Source of the DNA: Octopus sinensis
Lineage: Eukaryota
Assembly: GCF_006345805.1 (NCBI RefSeq)
Contig: NC_043001.1
Location: 100,440,001 to 100,504,000 of the forward strand
Length of the DNA: 64,000 nucleotides
Reading direction: 5' to 3'
The notes beneath the pieces are model-generated. The model was not told where the DNA came from. It ran no database searches and saw only the letters and a program-made list of their open reading frames with translations. Below, piece after piece: positions 37,386 through 50,189 of the stretch; the first letter of the stretch is position 1; every line of letters begins with the position of its first letter. The position numbers and the translations under genes are program-made.

Positions 37386-39281
37386 AATTCACATATGCAC
37401 CATCGCACAAATACATTATGTTTTCTCCATCTTTTGCAGACAATTTCTCCTAAAACATAACACACTCTCAATATAATCATATATTTCCTCCTCCATTTTC
37501 TCATATCTTCTTCCTTTTCCTTTTCCTTCCCCTCTTTCTTTTAACCTCACTTCCTCCCATACTTCACATCCTTCATTTCTTTCTTTACTTTTCTTTCTAC
37601 TTCTTTGTCCTTATTTCCTTCCTCTTTTCCCTTTTCTACTTTCACTTTCACTCTCCACTTCTCTCTCTTCATCTTTTCTCCATTCTCATTATTCTTTATG
37701 TTCCAGCCAAAATGCTATGAACTGGTATTTACCCAGCATTTTGTGTGAAATATACTTTACAAAATATTTACTCAAATATGTTTACCAAAAGCAAATAGAA
37801 ATATGAAATATGAGGAATAATTTTGAAAAGTTTCTAAATTGATTTGTCAAACTCAACCAACAAGTATTTCTCTCCCTGATGGTTACATAGCAGTGCTATC
37901 CTTTGAAAAGATCTGCTGAATGAACAAACATTAGTTATCACATAATAATTTTAAGCATTACCAAATCATTTAGCAAGTGTTGGTCATCTCAATCACGGCT
38001 TCAAACTCTATTTTTGCAACATCCAAGAAATACAACCACTTCTTCCATCAAAAGACAAACATATTAGTTTGGATCTCAAATGTGATAAATGCTATGATCA
38101 GTAATGGAGAACACTGTGCAAACCATCGCAACCAGATACTTATTTTCTTCTGCTATTTATGCTAACTGAAATTTATCCAATCAAAATGTATTTTTCTCCA
38201 ATGCATGTCTTAGCAATTTTTTATTGACTCTCAAACAGATGTTTTCTGTTTTCTCTATTTTTGTTTTTATGTTTGATTTTTATTTTTAAGGAATTATTTT
38301 AGCTTCATCTTAACAGCTTTAATATAACTCATTTTTATTCCATCTTCGCCCATTTACTCGATACCATTCTTCTGTTACTTTGTCACTGTTAACTGAAAGC
38401 TTTTGAGGAAACAGTGGTGATGGCAGGACAATTATATGACAGATTCCTTGAAGAAAATAATTCTTGTTCAGTCACTAGTGGCTTTAAAATAGTGGTCTAC
38501 ATTTGTTTTTTGCAACAACAAGTACATAACAAAGATGTGATAACCATAACCATTACACCAATATGATACGAAATCAGGATTCACTGTACTTTATATAATA
38601 AATTGTAATTGATATTCCACCATTTTTCTGATTATTATACCTGTCACACCACTAATCCAGGCAGTTCCATGGCTATCTAAGACTTTATATAAGTCCTTAT
38701 TTTACAACAGCAAATAATAAAGGTGTAACAACCAATACGGTTTAGTCAGGAGGAACTATCAGCACCTGATGACCTTTGCAGATCCTCTTACGTTGTCAAG
38801 TCGGATGGCATCTGATCTTGACACAGCATCTCAGCCAGTTCATGCATCTTCTTTAAAAAATAAGATACCGTGTGCTTTTCTGTTTTTTAAATATATACGT
38901 CATAAGATGGCAAACTGTTGGTTCTTCTGAGCTGCTGCCAAAATTTTGATCAGCTGCATCAATAATGTCTGTTTGTTAAGCACAGCTGAATAAGACTTTA
39001 CAAAGCCATTTCTAGCAGAACCATCAACACCACCACCACCACCACCACCACCACCACCACCACCAGCGGTCATAGTCATAGCTGCTAAACAGTCACATCA
39101 TCTCCTAGACATATCAGTTAAATCTCCCCAGAACACAGGTACTTCTAGAAATAGTATTCTGGAAAAAGTATTCTTAGTCTGCTGGAAAGGAGCAGACAGT
39201 GCTTAAACAACAACAACAATAAGTGACAGCAACTTTTCTCGCTTATGTCTTTTTTGTTTCCTAATATTTCTCTCACTTTCA

Positions 39282-39500
39282 GGCAGAGTGCTAGCAGAAA
39301 CATTAGTACATCGGGCAAAATGCTTAGCAGTATTTCATCTGTCTTTATGTTCTGAGTTCAAATTCCGCCGAGGTTGACTTTGCCTTTTTTCTTTTCGAGG
39401 TCGATAAATTAAGAACCAGTTGTGTACTGGGGTTGATCTAATTGACTGGCCCCCACCTCCCCCCAAATTTCAGGCCTTGTGCCTAGAGTAGAATAGAATA
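39282..39500 (+). mobile_element. SINE family B (Meta-domain-like)
   Basis: Same head, core and tail as 6325-6533. Confidence 0.85.
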
Positions 39501-39513
39501 ATGGTAAGTACAA

Positions 39514-40040
39514 AGGCGGTGAGCTGGCAGAAATGTTAGCATGCCGGGCGAAATGCTCAGCGGTATTTCGTCTGCGTTACGTTGTGAGTTCAAATTCCGC
39601 CGAGGTCGACTTTGCCTTCCATCCTTTCGGGGTCGATAAATTAAGTACCAGTTACGCACTGGGGTTGATGTAATCGACTTAATCCGTTTGTCTGTCCTTG
39701 TTTGTCCCCTCTATGTTTAGCCCCTTGTGGGTAGTAAAGAAATAGGTATTTTGTCTGTCTTTATGTTCTGAGTTCAAATTCCGCCGAGGTCGACTTTGCC
39801 TTTCATCCTTTCGGGGTCGATAAATTAAGTACCAGTTACGTACTGGGGTCGATGTAATCGACTTAATCCGTTTGTCTGTCCTTGTTTGTCTCCTCTGTGT
39901 TTAGCCCCTTGTGGGTAGTAAAGAAATAGGTATTTTGTCTGTCTTTATGTTCTGAGTTCAAATTCCGCCGAGGTTGACTTTGCCTTTCATCATTTTGGAG
40001 TCGGTAAATTGAGTACCAGTTGCATACTGGGGTTGATCTA
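39514..40040 (+). mobile_element. SINE family B with internal 184-bp tandem units (about 2.6 copies)
   Basis: One head GGCGGTGAGCTGGCAGAA, then the unit GGTATTT...GAGTTCAAATTCCGCCGAGGTCGAC...GGTAGTAAAGAAATA restarting at 39745 and 39929. Confidence 0.9.
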
Positions 40041-40262
40041 TTGAAAAACCAATCAAGAGGCCAGCAGTTCGCATGCTAATGCTAATAAAATGTTGTGTCC
40101 AAAGCTAAGGAACTTAATTTTCTGCTGGTTCAGTCCATTTGGAGAAAATAGGTGTCACAAGGTGTTTTTACCTTGTGACACTGTAAGCAGCTGAAAGACT
40201 GCAAAATTGACAAGTGATTCAATTAACTTGCAAGGTTGAGTACACATTATCTTGGAGATTTT

Positions 40263-40660
40263 AGGCAGTGAGCTGGTAGAATTGTTAGCACGCCGGCGAA
40301 ATGCATAGCGGTATTTCGTCTGCCGCTACGTTCTGAGTTCAAATTCTGCCAAGGTCGACTTTGCTTTTCATCCTTTTGGGGTCGATTAAATAAGTACCAG
40401 TTATGAACTGGGGTCGATATAATCGACTTAATCTGTTTGTCTGTCCTTGTTTGTCCTCTCTGTGTTTAGCCCCTTGTGGGTAGTAAAGAAATAGGTATTT
40501 CATCTGTCTTTATGTTCTGAGTTCAAATGCTGCTGAGGTCGACGTTGCCTTTCATCTTTCTGGGGTCAATAAATTAAGTACCAGTTGCATTCTGTGGGTG
40601 ATCTAATCGACTGACCCCCTCCCCTAAAATTTCGGGCCTTGTGCCTAGAGGAGAAAAGAT
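40263..40660 (+). mobile_element. SINE family B with two internal units
   Basis: Head, one full unit, then a second unit ending in the terminal tail CTTGTGCCTAGAGGAGAAAAG. Confidence 0.88.
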
Positions 40661-40674
40661 TATCTTGCATCTTT

Positions 40675-40870
40675 TAATTGTTTCAGTCATTTGACTATGG
40701 CCATGCTGGTACACCATCCTGGAGAATTTTTAATGAATGAACTCCAGTATTTATATTCTTTAAAAATTGCTACTTATTCTATCAGTCTCTTTTGTTGAAC
40801 TGCTAAGTAACAGCCGTGTAAACACCTCAACACCAGTTGTCAAGTGGAGGAGAAGGAGGCACAAATGCAA
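40675..40870 (-). mobile_element. SINE family A 3' half
   Basis: TGTTTCAGTCATTTGACTATGGCCATGCTGG...TACTTATTCTATCAGTCTCTTTTG is the reverse complement of the family A tail. Confidence 0.75.
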
Positions 40871-40920
40871 ACAGACATGCACACACACACATAAACACAT
40901 TTATACATACATATATATAC

Positions 40921-41300
40921 TAAGTAATTAAGGGTTTAGCAACGATTTGCCTCACCACACACCGAATTTAGAAATAGCAGTCAAAGAGTTATAGCTATTC
41001 TTTCTACTAAAAGGGAGATCTCAGTAAAACCACAGCACTTGAAAGGCAAACACAGACAGGCAAGAGAGAAAGAAATGACGGCAATCTATCATACAATTTT
41101 AAGTCACCTACGGACGTACGTTTCGAAATTAAGTTTTAGGAAAGCATAAGAATTAGATAATTATGTCTTACCCAACTTCTTTTCTCATCAGCGTAGGACA
41201 CTACAATTATGAATAATTGTATATTAAATTTCGAGATACTAGAAAGCATCATCTCAACTCAGTATCAGAGCGAGCTAAAACCGTTACCAGTATCACCAAA
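40921..41300 (-). mobile_element. Penelope-like terminal fragment in (TA)n carrying an intact hammerhead
   Basis: (TA)-rich flanks on both sides. Contains the HHR at 41107-41197. Confidence 0.7.
41107..41197 (-). ncRNA. Type I hammerhead ribozyme, canonical core
   Basis: CCTACG-CTGATGA-GAAA...TTTC-GAAAC-GTAC-GTC-CGTAGG. Perfect 6-bp stem I, G-C closed and extended stem II, palindromic helix III ACGTACGT, GUC triplet. Confidence 0.88.
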
Positions 41301-41320
41301 TATATATATATATATATATA

Positions 41321-41530
41321 ACGGGAAGCTTTATGAAAATAAACAAAAGACGAAGGCAGGTGGAAAACAAACGAACAATTGTATTAGTATGGCGCTCAGG
41401 AAATATAAATAAAACAAGTCTTTAACGTTTCGAGCCTACGCTCTTCAACAGAAAGATACACAGAGAGAGAAAAACACAGAAAGAAGGAGAGAAAAAAAAT
41501 GCGTGCAGTAGCTAACGAATCAACATGGCG
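41321..41530 (-). mobile_element. Second Penelope-like terminal fragment with a minimal hammerhead variant (41419-41456)
   Basis: TCTTT-CTGTTGA-A-GAGC-GTAG-GCTC-GAAAC-GTT-AAAGA. Stems I and II are perfect and helix III is the palindrome AACGTT. The 3' end abuts (TA)n. Confidence 0.68.
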
Positions 41531-43588
41531 ATCTCACTTGCCCAAGGGTCCATGCTGTGGAACTGAACCCATAACCATGAAGTAGGGAAAGGATCTCCTT
41601 CATTCTTGCATTCAGCCTTCTACAGTTTGCTTTGCTTTCTGCTGTTAATAGCAGAATGAAAGAAAGCAAACCTGGTCTTTGGCTCTGATCCTCAGCTTCA
41701 TATCAATGACCGCACACTATACTCTTAGTCTGCATGAACCTAATCAAGCACTGACCTCAAACTATTAAATGGACATTTCCCCTCACTCATTAGGGATTTT
41801 TACTATAATTCTGTGATATTCAAGGAAATTAGTTTTAACTCTTATTCAGTGCCAACAGTTATGATTAGAATACAAATGCCCAAAACAGCTGCATTTGCAT
41901 GTTGTAAGGGAAAAGAATACAAAATGTCTCAAACAAGAATTTTAAAATTGGAAAATTCTGATAAGATACGTTCTTTTTTTTTTTGATTATTGGCTCTTAA
42001 AGCATTATTTTATTTATTCTTGCCTCATCAATATACTTCATTCATTTTTCTTCAAGCAGATTTATTGGAGCACATTTTGAAAACTTGATCCTTATCAGCT
42101 CATCAGGATAACATTTACCTTTGCAAGGTACGTCATTACTGTTAGAAATGTAAACATCAAAATGATTTGAAATGCAAAAAGTGAAAAAAACCTTTTGCAG
42201 AACCAATATCAATATGATTTCTTTTCCAAAATGTTGTGATATAATCTAATATATTTTTACTGTTTAATATTAAAATGAAAAAAAAAATTGAAAAAAGTTT
42301 TTATTTTGATATCCAATCAACAGGTAAATATTAAATCTGCAAGTAACATTTGAACTTGCTTTTATATGATTCCCTACCTTGCAGAATTAGATTTTTTTTT
42401 TTTTTTTTTTTTTATGGAATTGTTACTTTAAACAACAAACAGTTAATTCTTCAAACTTTTCAAGTAATTCTCTTGCTTTCTGCTTTGTTGAAATATTTTT
42501 TTTATAGTATTTTGTTTTCCTTCAGTTCATCTGAGCTGTCACTAAAAGCTGGTCCCTACATTCTTTCCCACGATTATGTGATCAATCACTGTGCCATGTA
42601 TGCATGAACAGCTTACTTAGAACTTCCAGAAGCAGGCAGTTATCATACGCTCTGAGAACATGATTTTTGTGATGTCTTCTTTATATTACAACTGGCCTTC
42701 TCCATCAATATGTCCAAACAGTAGTTGTCTTCCTAACCACTTCAAATAGAGAAATAAGCAGATAAACAAATAGACAATACTGAAAATACATTAAATTCAC
42801 ATTATTCTTGCTAAAGTTATATACTTTCATGAAAACAGAAGCTTGTTTCTCAAATCTCAGGAATCATTGCAAAGTATATTACAAATGAACAACTACTTTC
42901 TAGTGCTCTCTTCATTATTAGAAATGTCACTCTATAAAAAGATTTATGTGGGCTGGAATTGGTAAGTGTTTGATTTTTCTCCAATTTTATCATTCCTGTT
43001 ACTTTTTTTCATTAAGTGAGGTTGTCAGCTTTGCTTAAAAAGTGTCTATCTAGTGGTTTATCTTAGGAAACTGAGACATTCCGTTATTGTGATATTGTTG
43101 TCTAAGAAAACCATGTGAGAAATACAATCTTTTCTGATGAAAATACATCAATTTATACAGAGTAGTCAGAGTTAAAGTGGAGTAGAAAAATACTTTTGTG
43201 AAAAAGATAGATTCCTATAAAATATTCTAGTATAAAGTATAAAAGCAAGGAATGGATTTTAAAAGAATGGATTAGCTTTATCTAAATAAATTATTAAGTG
43301 AAAAAAATCTATAATCACTAGTTCCTCCCTCCCTTCCCAATAAAAGAAAGATTCTTCGAAATCATGATGTAAATGCCATACATGATGATAGCTATCCACT
43401 CACGACCAAGGAAGACCATCACTGACCATTAAGAACATAGTGTACTCAGAAAAAAAGTTTTGCAGACCAAGCTTCCCTCATTCATTACACTGGTGGGGTA
43501 CTTTTGAGCAGCTCACTTGAATTCTGTATAAAAATCAGAAAAAACATACATATATACATACGTATGTACATACATACATACATGTGAA

Positions 43589-43920
43589 GGCAGATGGCTC
43601 AGTGGTTAGAGAGTCAAGCTTACGATCATGAGGTAGTGAGTTTGATTCCTGGACCAGGCTGTGTGTTGTGTTCTTGAGCAAGACACTTTAATTCACGTTG
43701 GTCCAGTTCACTCAGCAGGCAAAAATGAGTTGCGACATCACTGGTGACAAGCTGTATCAGCCTTTGGCTTTCCCTTAGATAACATCGGAGGCGTGAGGAG
43801 GGAGGCTGGTATGCATGGGCGACTGCTGGTCTTCCATAAACAACCTTGCCTGGACTTGTGCCTCGGAGGGTAACTTTCTAGATGCAATGCCATAGTCACT
43901 CCTGACCAAAGAGGGTCTCT
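43589..43920 (+). mobile_element. SINE family C
   Basis: Aligns along its full length with 27054-27403. Confidence 0.88.
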
Positions 43921-44080
43921 CAACATACATACAAATGCACATTTACACATACAAACATACATACATATATACATACATACATGCATACATACATGCATAC
44001 ATACATGCATACATACATACATACATACATACATACATACATACATACATACATACATACATACATACATACTTACATAA

Positions 44081-44547
44081 GCACAACAGACCTGATATAA
44101 TGATTTGGGAGAGAGAGAAGAGAAACTGTGTACAGTTGTGGAAATCAGTTGCTCAGTAGATCTTAATATAATGCTAAAGACCAGTAAAAAAGACAATACC
44201 TGTTCTGAATTATTGAGAAATCTGCAGTTACTCTATCCAGAATATATGTTCAGATTTATACCTGTAATTAATGGGGCACTGGGATATGTAACACACTGCC
44301 TAAATAAAAATCTTGAGAAATTAGGCTTCTCAAATCCGGAAAGAAGAAAGCCGATTCAAAGACTACAGATCCAAACCATCACTGGCACTATAAAAATCTG
44401 TGAAACTTTCCAGAAGCTTATCATTTAAGTGTATATGAGCATGTCTACATAGGAAAGTATATGCATGAGAAAGCATACATAAAACATACAAATGTGCACA
44501 TGCATGTATACATACATACATACATACATACATACATACTTACATAA
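44081..44547 (+). mobile_element. RLE (R4/Dong-like) element 3' end inserted in (TACA)n
   Basis: KHNRPDIMIWER..KLCTVVEISCSVD...RFIPVINGALG...LQIQTITGT, a short UTR, and a (TACA)n tail. CATACATACTTACATAA occurs on both sides. Confidence 0.85.
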
Positions 44548-45500
44548 ATGTTGTTATATGGTTGTGAAAAGAAGGAAGACTATAAACCAGACGAGTAACA
44601 TCTCCATCAATGACTCGATTGTTTCCCCTGGATCTGATGAGGAATGTTACAGGTATCTTGGGGTGGATGAAAACATATCTTACAATGGCACCTGCAACAG
44701 AACATGTTTCACTAAAGAATATTACAGCTGGATAAAGAAAATTTGGACCTCAGAACTCTCTGCATTCAATAAAACAGCAGCCCACAATGCGTTTTGGCAG
44801 TGCCAATACTCATACCAACATTTGGGTTGTTTGATTGGACGCTTGATGAGATCTGAGCCATTGATGTGAAAACCCAGAAGATACTCACAAACACATAATT
44901 TCCACATCAACAGTGACGGAGACCACTTCTACCTAAAATGAAAACAAGGCAGTAGAGGCTTAACATCGATCAAAAATGCCTTTGAATGTCACATCATATC
45001 CATTCGGCAACATCTTTTAATCACCAAGTGTCGAAGAGCATCCCTTGACCGAGTTTGCATACATGAGGCTAATTACATCATAAGACTTGGAAGGCAGCTC
45101 AATGAGTAGCACTCTTTGTCTGATAACCTAGAATACATGCCCAAAGAAGTTGCACGACTCTACCGCAACGTATCATCAGATGAAAGGATGAGCATACACG
45201 AGCAGAAGACTATGCCTGGATGCGTTAATAGAAAGCTCCGTGATGATAGTAACATCGATCATGAAAGCAGTTTATCATTACTACCTTCCACTTCAAAATG
45301 TATGTTTTTGCAATCCAGGAACAGGAAATCTCAACCGAGTACCCGATGCATGAAAGGGATAGAGATGCAGGAAAAGCAGTAAAATGTGACAACCGATTCA
45401 AACTTTGTGGAGTTCACACTGAAGATATCACCCTTATCATAAGCAGTTGTCTGAAAATGTAATCACAGTATTATCTACCGGTGAGACATGATTTTGTTTC
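44548..45500 (+). mobile_element. RLE (R4/Dong-like) internal fragment, RT end to CCHC
   Basis: CYRYLGVDEN, KKIWTSELSAFNK..HNAFAVP, HINSDGDHFYLK*KQGSRGL, CDNRFKLCGVHTEDITLIISSC...VRHD. Confidence 0.82.
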
Positions 45501-46214
45501 ATTAGTAAAGTGTTGTACCTTGTACCAAGAAGTATTTGAATCAATTGGAACTCCTGCTCTTTCACTTCTTGTGGAATGGACAAATTCCACTAGTCAGATA
45601 ATCCACCTGCTTTTAGCAACTGCACCAAAGTGGCCTTGGTATGCGGACATGAAGGCTGTTTAGGTATGCATTGAATCTGATGCATCTGCATAAATATCTT
45701 GACCATTGTGATACTGACAGTGAAAGTGAAAGTAAAGGTGGTTTAGTGGAGAGTCCTTTGTACAACACATCGTTCCACAGTTTGTCTCCATAACTAAATT
45801 GCAATTATGGATCAAGAGCGGGCAGAGATTAGATGTTTATCATCTTGAATGTTATCAGGCATTCAGGAATCTTGACCAACTTGACAATATAGTCTGTAGA
45901 GAAATGATGCTTATGTTCTAAAGAAAGTTAAAGGAGGGTATGAAAGATGATAACTTGGGAACAACTCTAGGTTTCATTGAAGAAAGTCGGAGTCGCTACT
46001 TCTGCAGAATCTTAAAAGTTCTCATAAGAAGCTACTCTTAAAAATAAACAACTGCCAAAACTCATTGGCATAACAAACTCATTGTTGGAAATATTGTCTT
46101 TAAGACAAATCTCAAAGAATTGCCAATGGTTATACTTGTGCAGGATTTGCACAAGACAATAAAACAGTTCTGCACTCACCGTGCCTGTGTATTGTAGACT
46201 TGTTGATTTATATA

Positions 46215-46447
46215 TATTTCTTTACTACCCACAAGGGGCTAAACACAGAGGGGACAAACAAGGACAGACAAATGGATTAAGTCGATTTTACATCGACCCC
46301 AGTGCGTAGCTGGTACTTAATTTATCGACCCCGAAAGGATGAAAGGCAAAGTTGACCTTGGCGGAATTTGAACTCAGAACGTAATGGCAGACAAAATACG
46401 GCTACGCATGTCGCCCGGCGTGCTAACGTTTCTGCCAGCTCACCGCC
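46215..46447 (-). mobile_element. SINE family B
   Basis: Reverse complement of the head plus one unit. Confidence 0.88.
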
Positions 46448-46675
46448 TTTTTGATATATATAAAGTAGTGTCTGTCATGTATAAGTCAGACAAAGCTTTC
46501 AGTTGAGTCTAATGGCTAAAATCGCCATGTGACCTTCCTTTAGTAGAGAAGGGTTGCTAGCCTTTCTCTTTGATGGCTGACACAGGTGCTTTTGAAATGT
46601 TTGATGAAGAAATTTTCCTTCCCCGTTAAGCTCTCTTCAACATTTTCAAGTACCACTTAAAGAGTAACATGAACA

Positions 46676-47093
46676 GGCGAAGGAGTGGCTGTGTGGTAAG
46701 TAGCTTGCTAACCAACCACATGGTTCTGGGTTCAGTCCCACTGCGTGGCATCTTGGGCAAGTGTCTTCTGCTATAGCCCCGGGCCGACCAATGCCTTGTG
46801 AGTGGATTTGGTAGACGGAAACTGAAAGAAGCCTGTCGTATATATGTATATGTATATATATAAGTGTGTGTGTATGTGTTTGTGTGTCTGTGTTTGTCCC
46901 CCTAGTATTGCTTGACAACCGATGCTGGTGTGTTTACGTTCCTGTAACTTAGCGGTTCGGCAAAAGAGACCGATAGAATAAGTACTGGGCTTACAAAGAA
47001 TAAGTCCTGGGGTCGAATTGCTCGACTAAAGGCAGTGCTCCAGCATGGCCGCAGTCAAATGACTGAAACAAGTAAAAGAGTAAAAGAGTAAAG
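46676..47093 (+). mobile_element. SINE family A, full length, young
   Basis: Near-identical to 669-1087. Confidence 0.92.
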
Positions 47094-48099
47094 TGAGTGA
47101 GAATCCCTTTCAAATGTGTTTCACAAAACACAGGCAAAATTGCTAGAGTTGAGTGAATCAACAAAATGTCATTAAAGGGGAATAAAGAAACTGAGTAATT
47201 TGGAACTTTGAGGGTCGTTTTTACTCCAATAACCATTCAAGATCTTCCCAATGTTGGGAAAGATTATTTTGTTGACATTTTATTATTGATCTTTCATGTA
47301 TACTTCACCATATTCCCTCTATGTCAGTCCCCCTTTATCTTATATTTTATACTCATATTATTCTCAGCATGCTGGCTGGGGCCTTCTGGTCAACACAACA
47401 AATCATCATCATCATCATCATCATCAACATCATCATCATCATCATCATCATTATTATAGCTATTTTTGTGACATTGTTATTTCACTTGTTTTTGTTATTA
47501 CAACAATAATTTTAATTTTATTTGAATTATTTTGCCATTGTCAATTATTAATAATAATAATAATTATTATTATTGTCGTCGTATTTGTTGTTGTTGCTAT
47601 TATCATCATCATTATTATTGTTGTTGTTGTTGTTGTTGTTGTTGTTATTTAGTAATTTTCAATTTGTTTTTATTTTTGTGTTGTTCTTATCTTCCAGTAG
47701 GGAGAATAAAAGGGTAAAATAGATAATAGTTTAAGTATCTTCCACACGTACATCTTCTTTGCTTATCAACAATTTGATCTGTTGATAAAGAATTATATTT
47801 TAAAAACTGTTATCTTTCCAGCTTCATAAACTACTTCCTAGTTTAAACAAAAATAAGAATAAAAAAAATGAAAATAAAATAAAATAAGCATAAACATCAT
47901 CACCATCACCAATACTACCACCACCACTGCCACCGCCACCGCCACCACCACCACCACCACCAACATCAACAACAACAACAACAGCATCAGCAGCAGCAGT
48001 CAGTAACGTTCATAGCAGCATCAGCAAAAAAGTTACACTCATTCTTCTTATCGTTAGCATTCCCCTACCCTGCCCAGAAAACACCCATCTGAAATACAT

Positions 48100-48126
48100 A
48101 CATAAATATACTATATATATACATAC

Positions 48127-48201
<75 letters not shown>

Positions 48202-48509
48202 GCACACACGCAGACATATAACACATACACACATATGTTTGCATGTATATATATACATATATATATATAGACAAATAACAAATATTAGGTTAGATATTAG
48301 TTAAATGAATCAAACATGTTTTTTTCCTTTCTTCATACATTTATGCACACACACACACACATACATACATACATACATGTATATGCACACACACACACAC
48401 ATATGCGTAAATGTGTGTATGTGTGTATGTGTGTGTGTAGGTGTATGTGCATATATATATATGTATGTATGTTATTTATATATATACATATCCACACACA
48501 CACACACAA

Positions 48510-48593
<84 letters not shown>

Positions 48594-48816
48594 ATATCAT
48601 GTGCATGTGAGTGTGCACATGTTTACCTTCTGCTAGAAATATAATTGTAATATATGCATAATATGCAAACTTTGGTATTTCATACAATTGGGAAAATGTT
48701 CATATTTCTTGCTGGCAGTAAATATTTTTTTATATTTTCCTTTTCTTCTCATGTAATCAGGTTTGTATGTATGTGTGTGTGCAGTATATATATATATATA
48801 ATATATATATATTATA

Positions 48817-48870
<54 letters not shown>

Positions 48871-48973
48871 TATATGTATATATATGTATATATATATATG
48901 TATATATGTATATATGTGTATATATATGTATATATATGTATATATGTGTATATATATATATATATTATATATA

Positions 48974-49014
<41 letters not shown>

Positions 49015-49180
49015 GTATATATATGTATATATATATATATGTATATATATGTATATATATATGTATATACATACATATACATATATATATATATATTATA
49101 TATATATATATATACACATACACGCTCGCACTCACACACACACGTTCGCACTCACACACACACGCGCACACATGCAAGTA
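48100..49180. repeat. Large (TA)n/(TG)n/(CA)n microsatellite field
   Basis: Directly visible. Similar fields lie at 49660-50190 and 51140-51410. Confidence 0.95.
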
Positions 49181-50189
49181 ATCGTGGTAGTCTTTTCTCT
49201 ACAGTGTCATTCACTTTCTATATTCAGGTCTGTATTTCTCAATACCTTTGTAAATGTCTTTGCATTCTCTATGCATTTGTCAGGTGGTGCATGTATATCA
49301 TGCGTATACATATACCTATATGCTCATATAAACACACTCACACACATACATAATCCCACCCCCGAGGCCACACACACACACACACAGTGTTTTTAAGATC
49401 AAAATGCAAATCGTCAAGTAATATTTACTGGCAAAATCGTTGATACAAAGAGGATGGTGTGTTAATATTTTAACAGACAGAAATTCATATTCTGGCTTTA
49501 CCACAAACAACAGCCAGTCACACAACGAAATATAAGAGCCTGAAAGGGTCATAAAGAAGAAGGTTTTGGAAGTAGATGATGAAGTTCTAGAGAACGGCAA
49601 AGGATGCTGGCAGGGCAACTTTGGTATGAAAGTGGTCGTAGGTTTCTCTCTTATAATATATACATACATATATGTGTGTATGTGTGTGTGTTGTGTGTGT
49701 GTGTGTGCCTATTTAAAACTCACTCATGCACACATACATATATCTCAACAAGTACACATATATAGATAGATAGATAAATAAATACATAATACAGACATAT
49801 ATACATACATACACATACATACATATATACTTACATACATACATACACACGCATACATACGCGCACACATATAAACATACACACACATAGATGCATACAT
49901 ACATACACACATATATACATAAATACATACATACACACATACATAGATGCATACACATATATGAACATACACACATGCTTACATATATACATACATACAC
50001 ACATACACACATACATAGATGCATACACATATATGAACATACACACATGCTTACATATATACATACACACATACATAAATCCATAAATGCATACATACAA
50101 ACATACATACAAGCACACACATATACACACAAACACACAGACTCATACATACATAAATACATACTTACGTACATACATACATGCATATG

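Noticed and set aside
39514-40040. CRISPR-like periodicity
   Set aside because: Units are 184-bp SINE repeats without unique spacers, in a eukaryotic context with no cas genes.
40152-40181. 12-bp hairpin GTGTCACAAGGT/ACCTTGTGACAC
   Set aside because: Isolated and short, with no context suggesting function.
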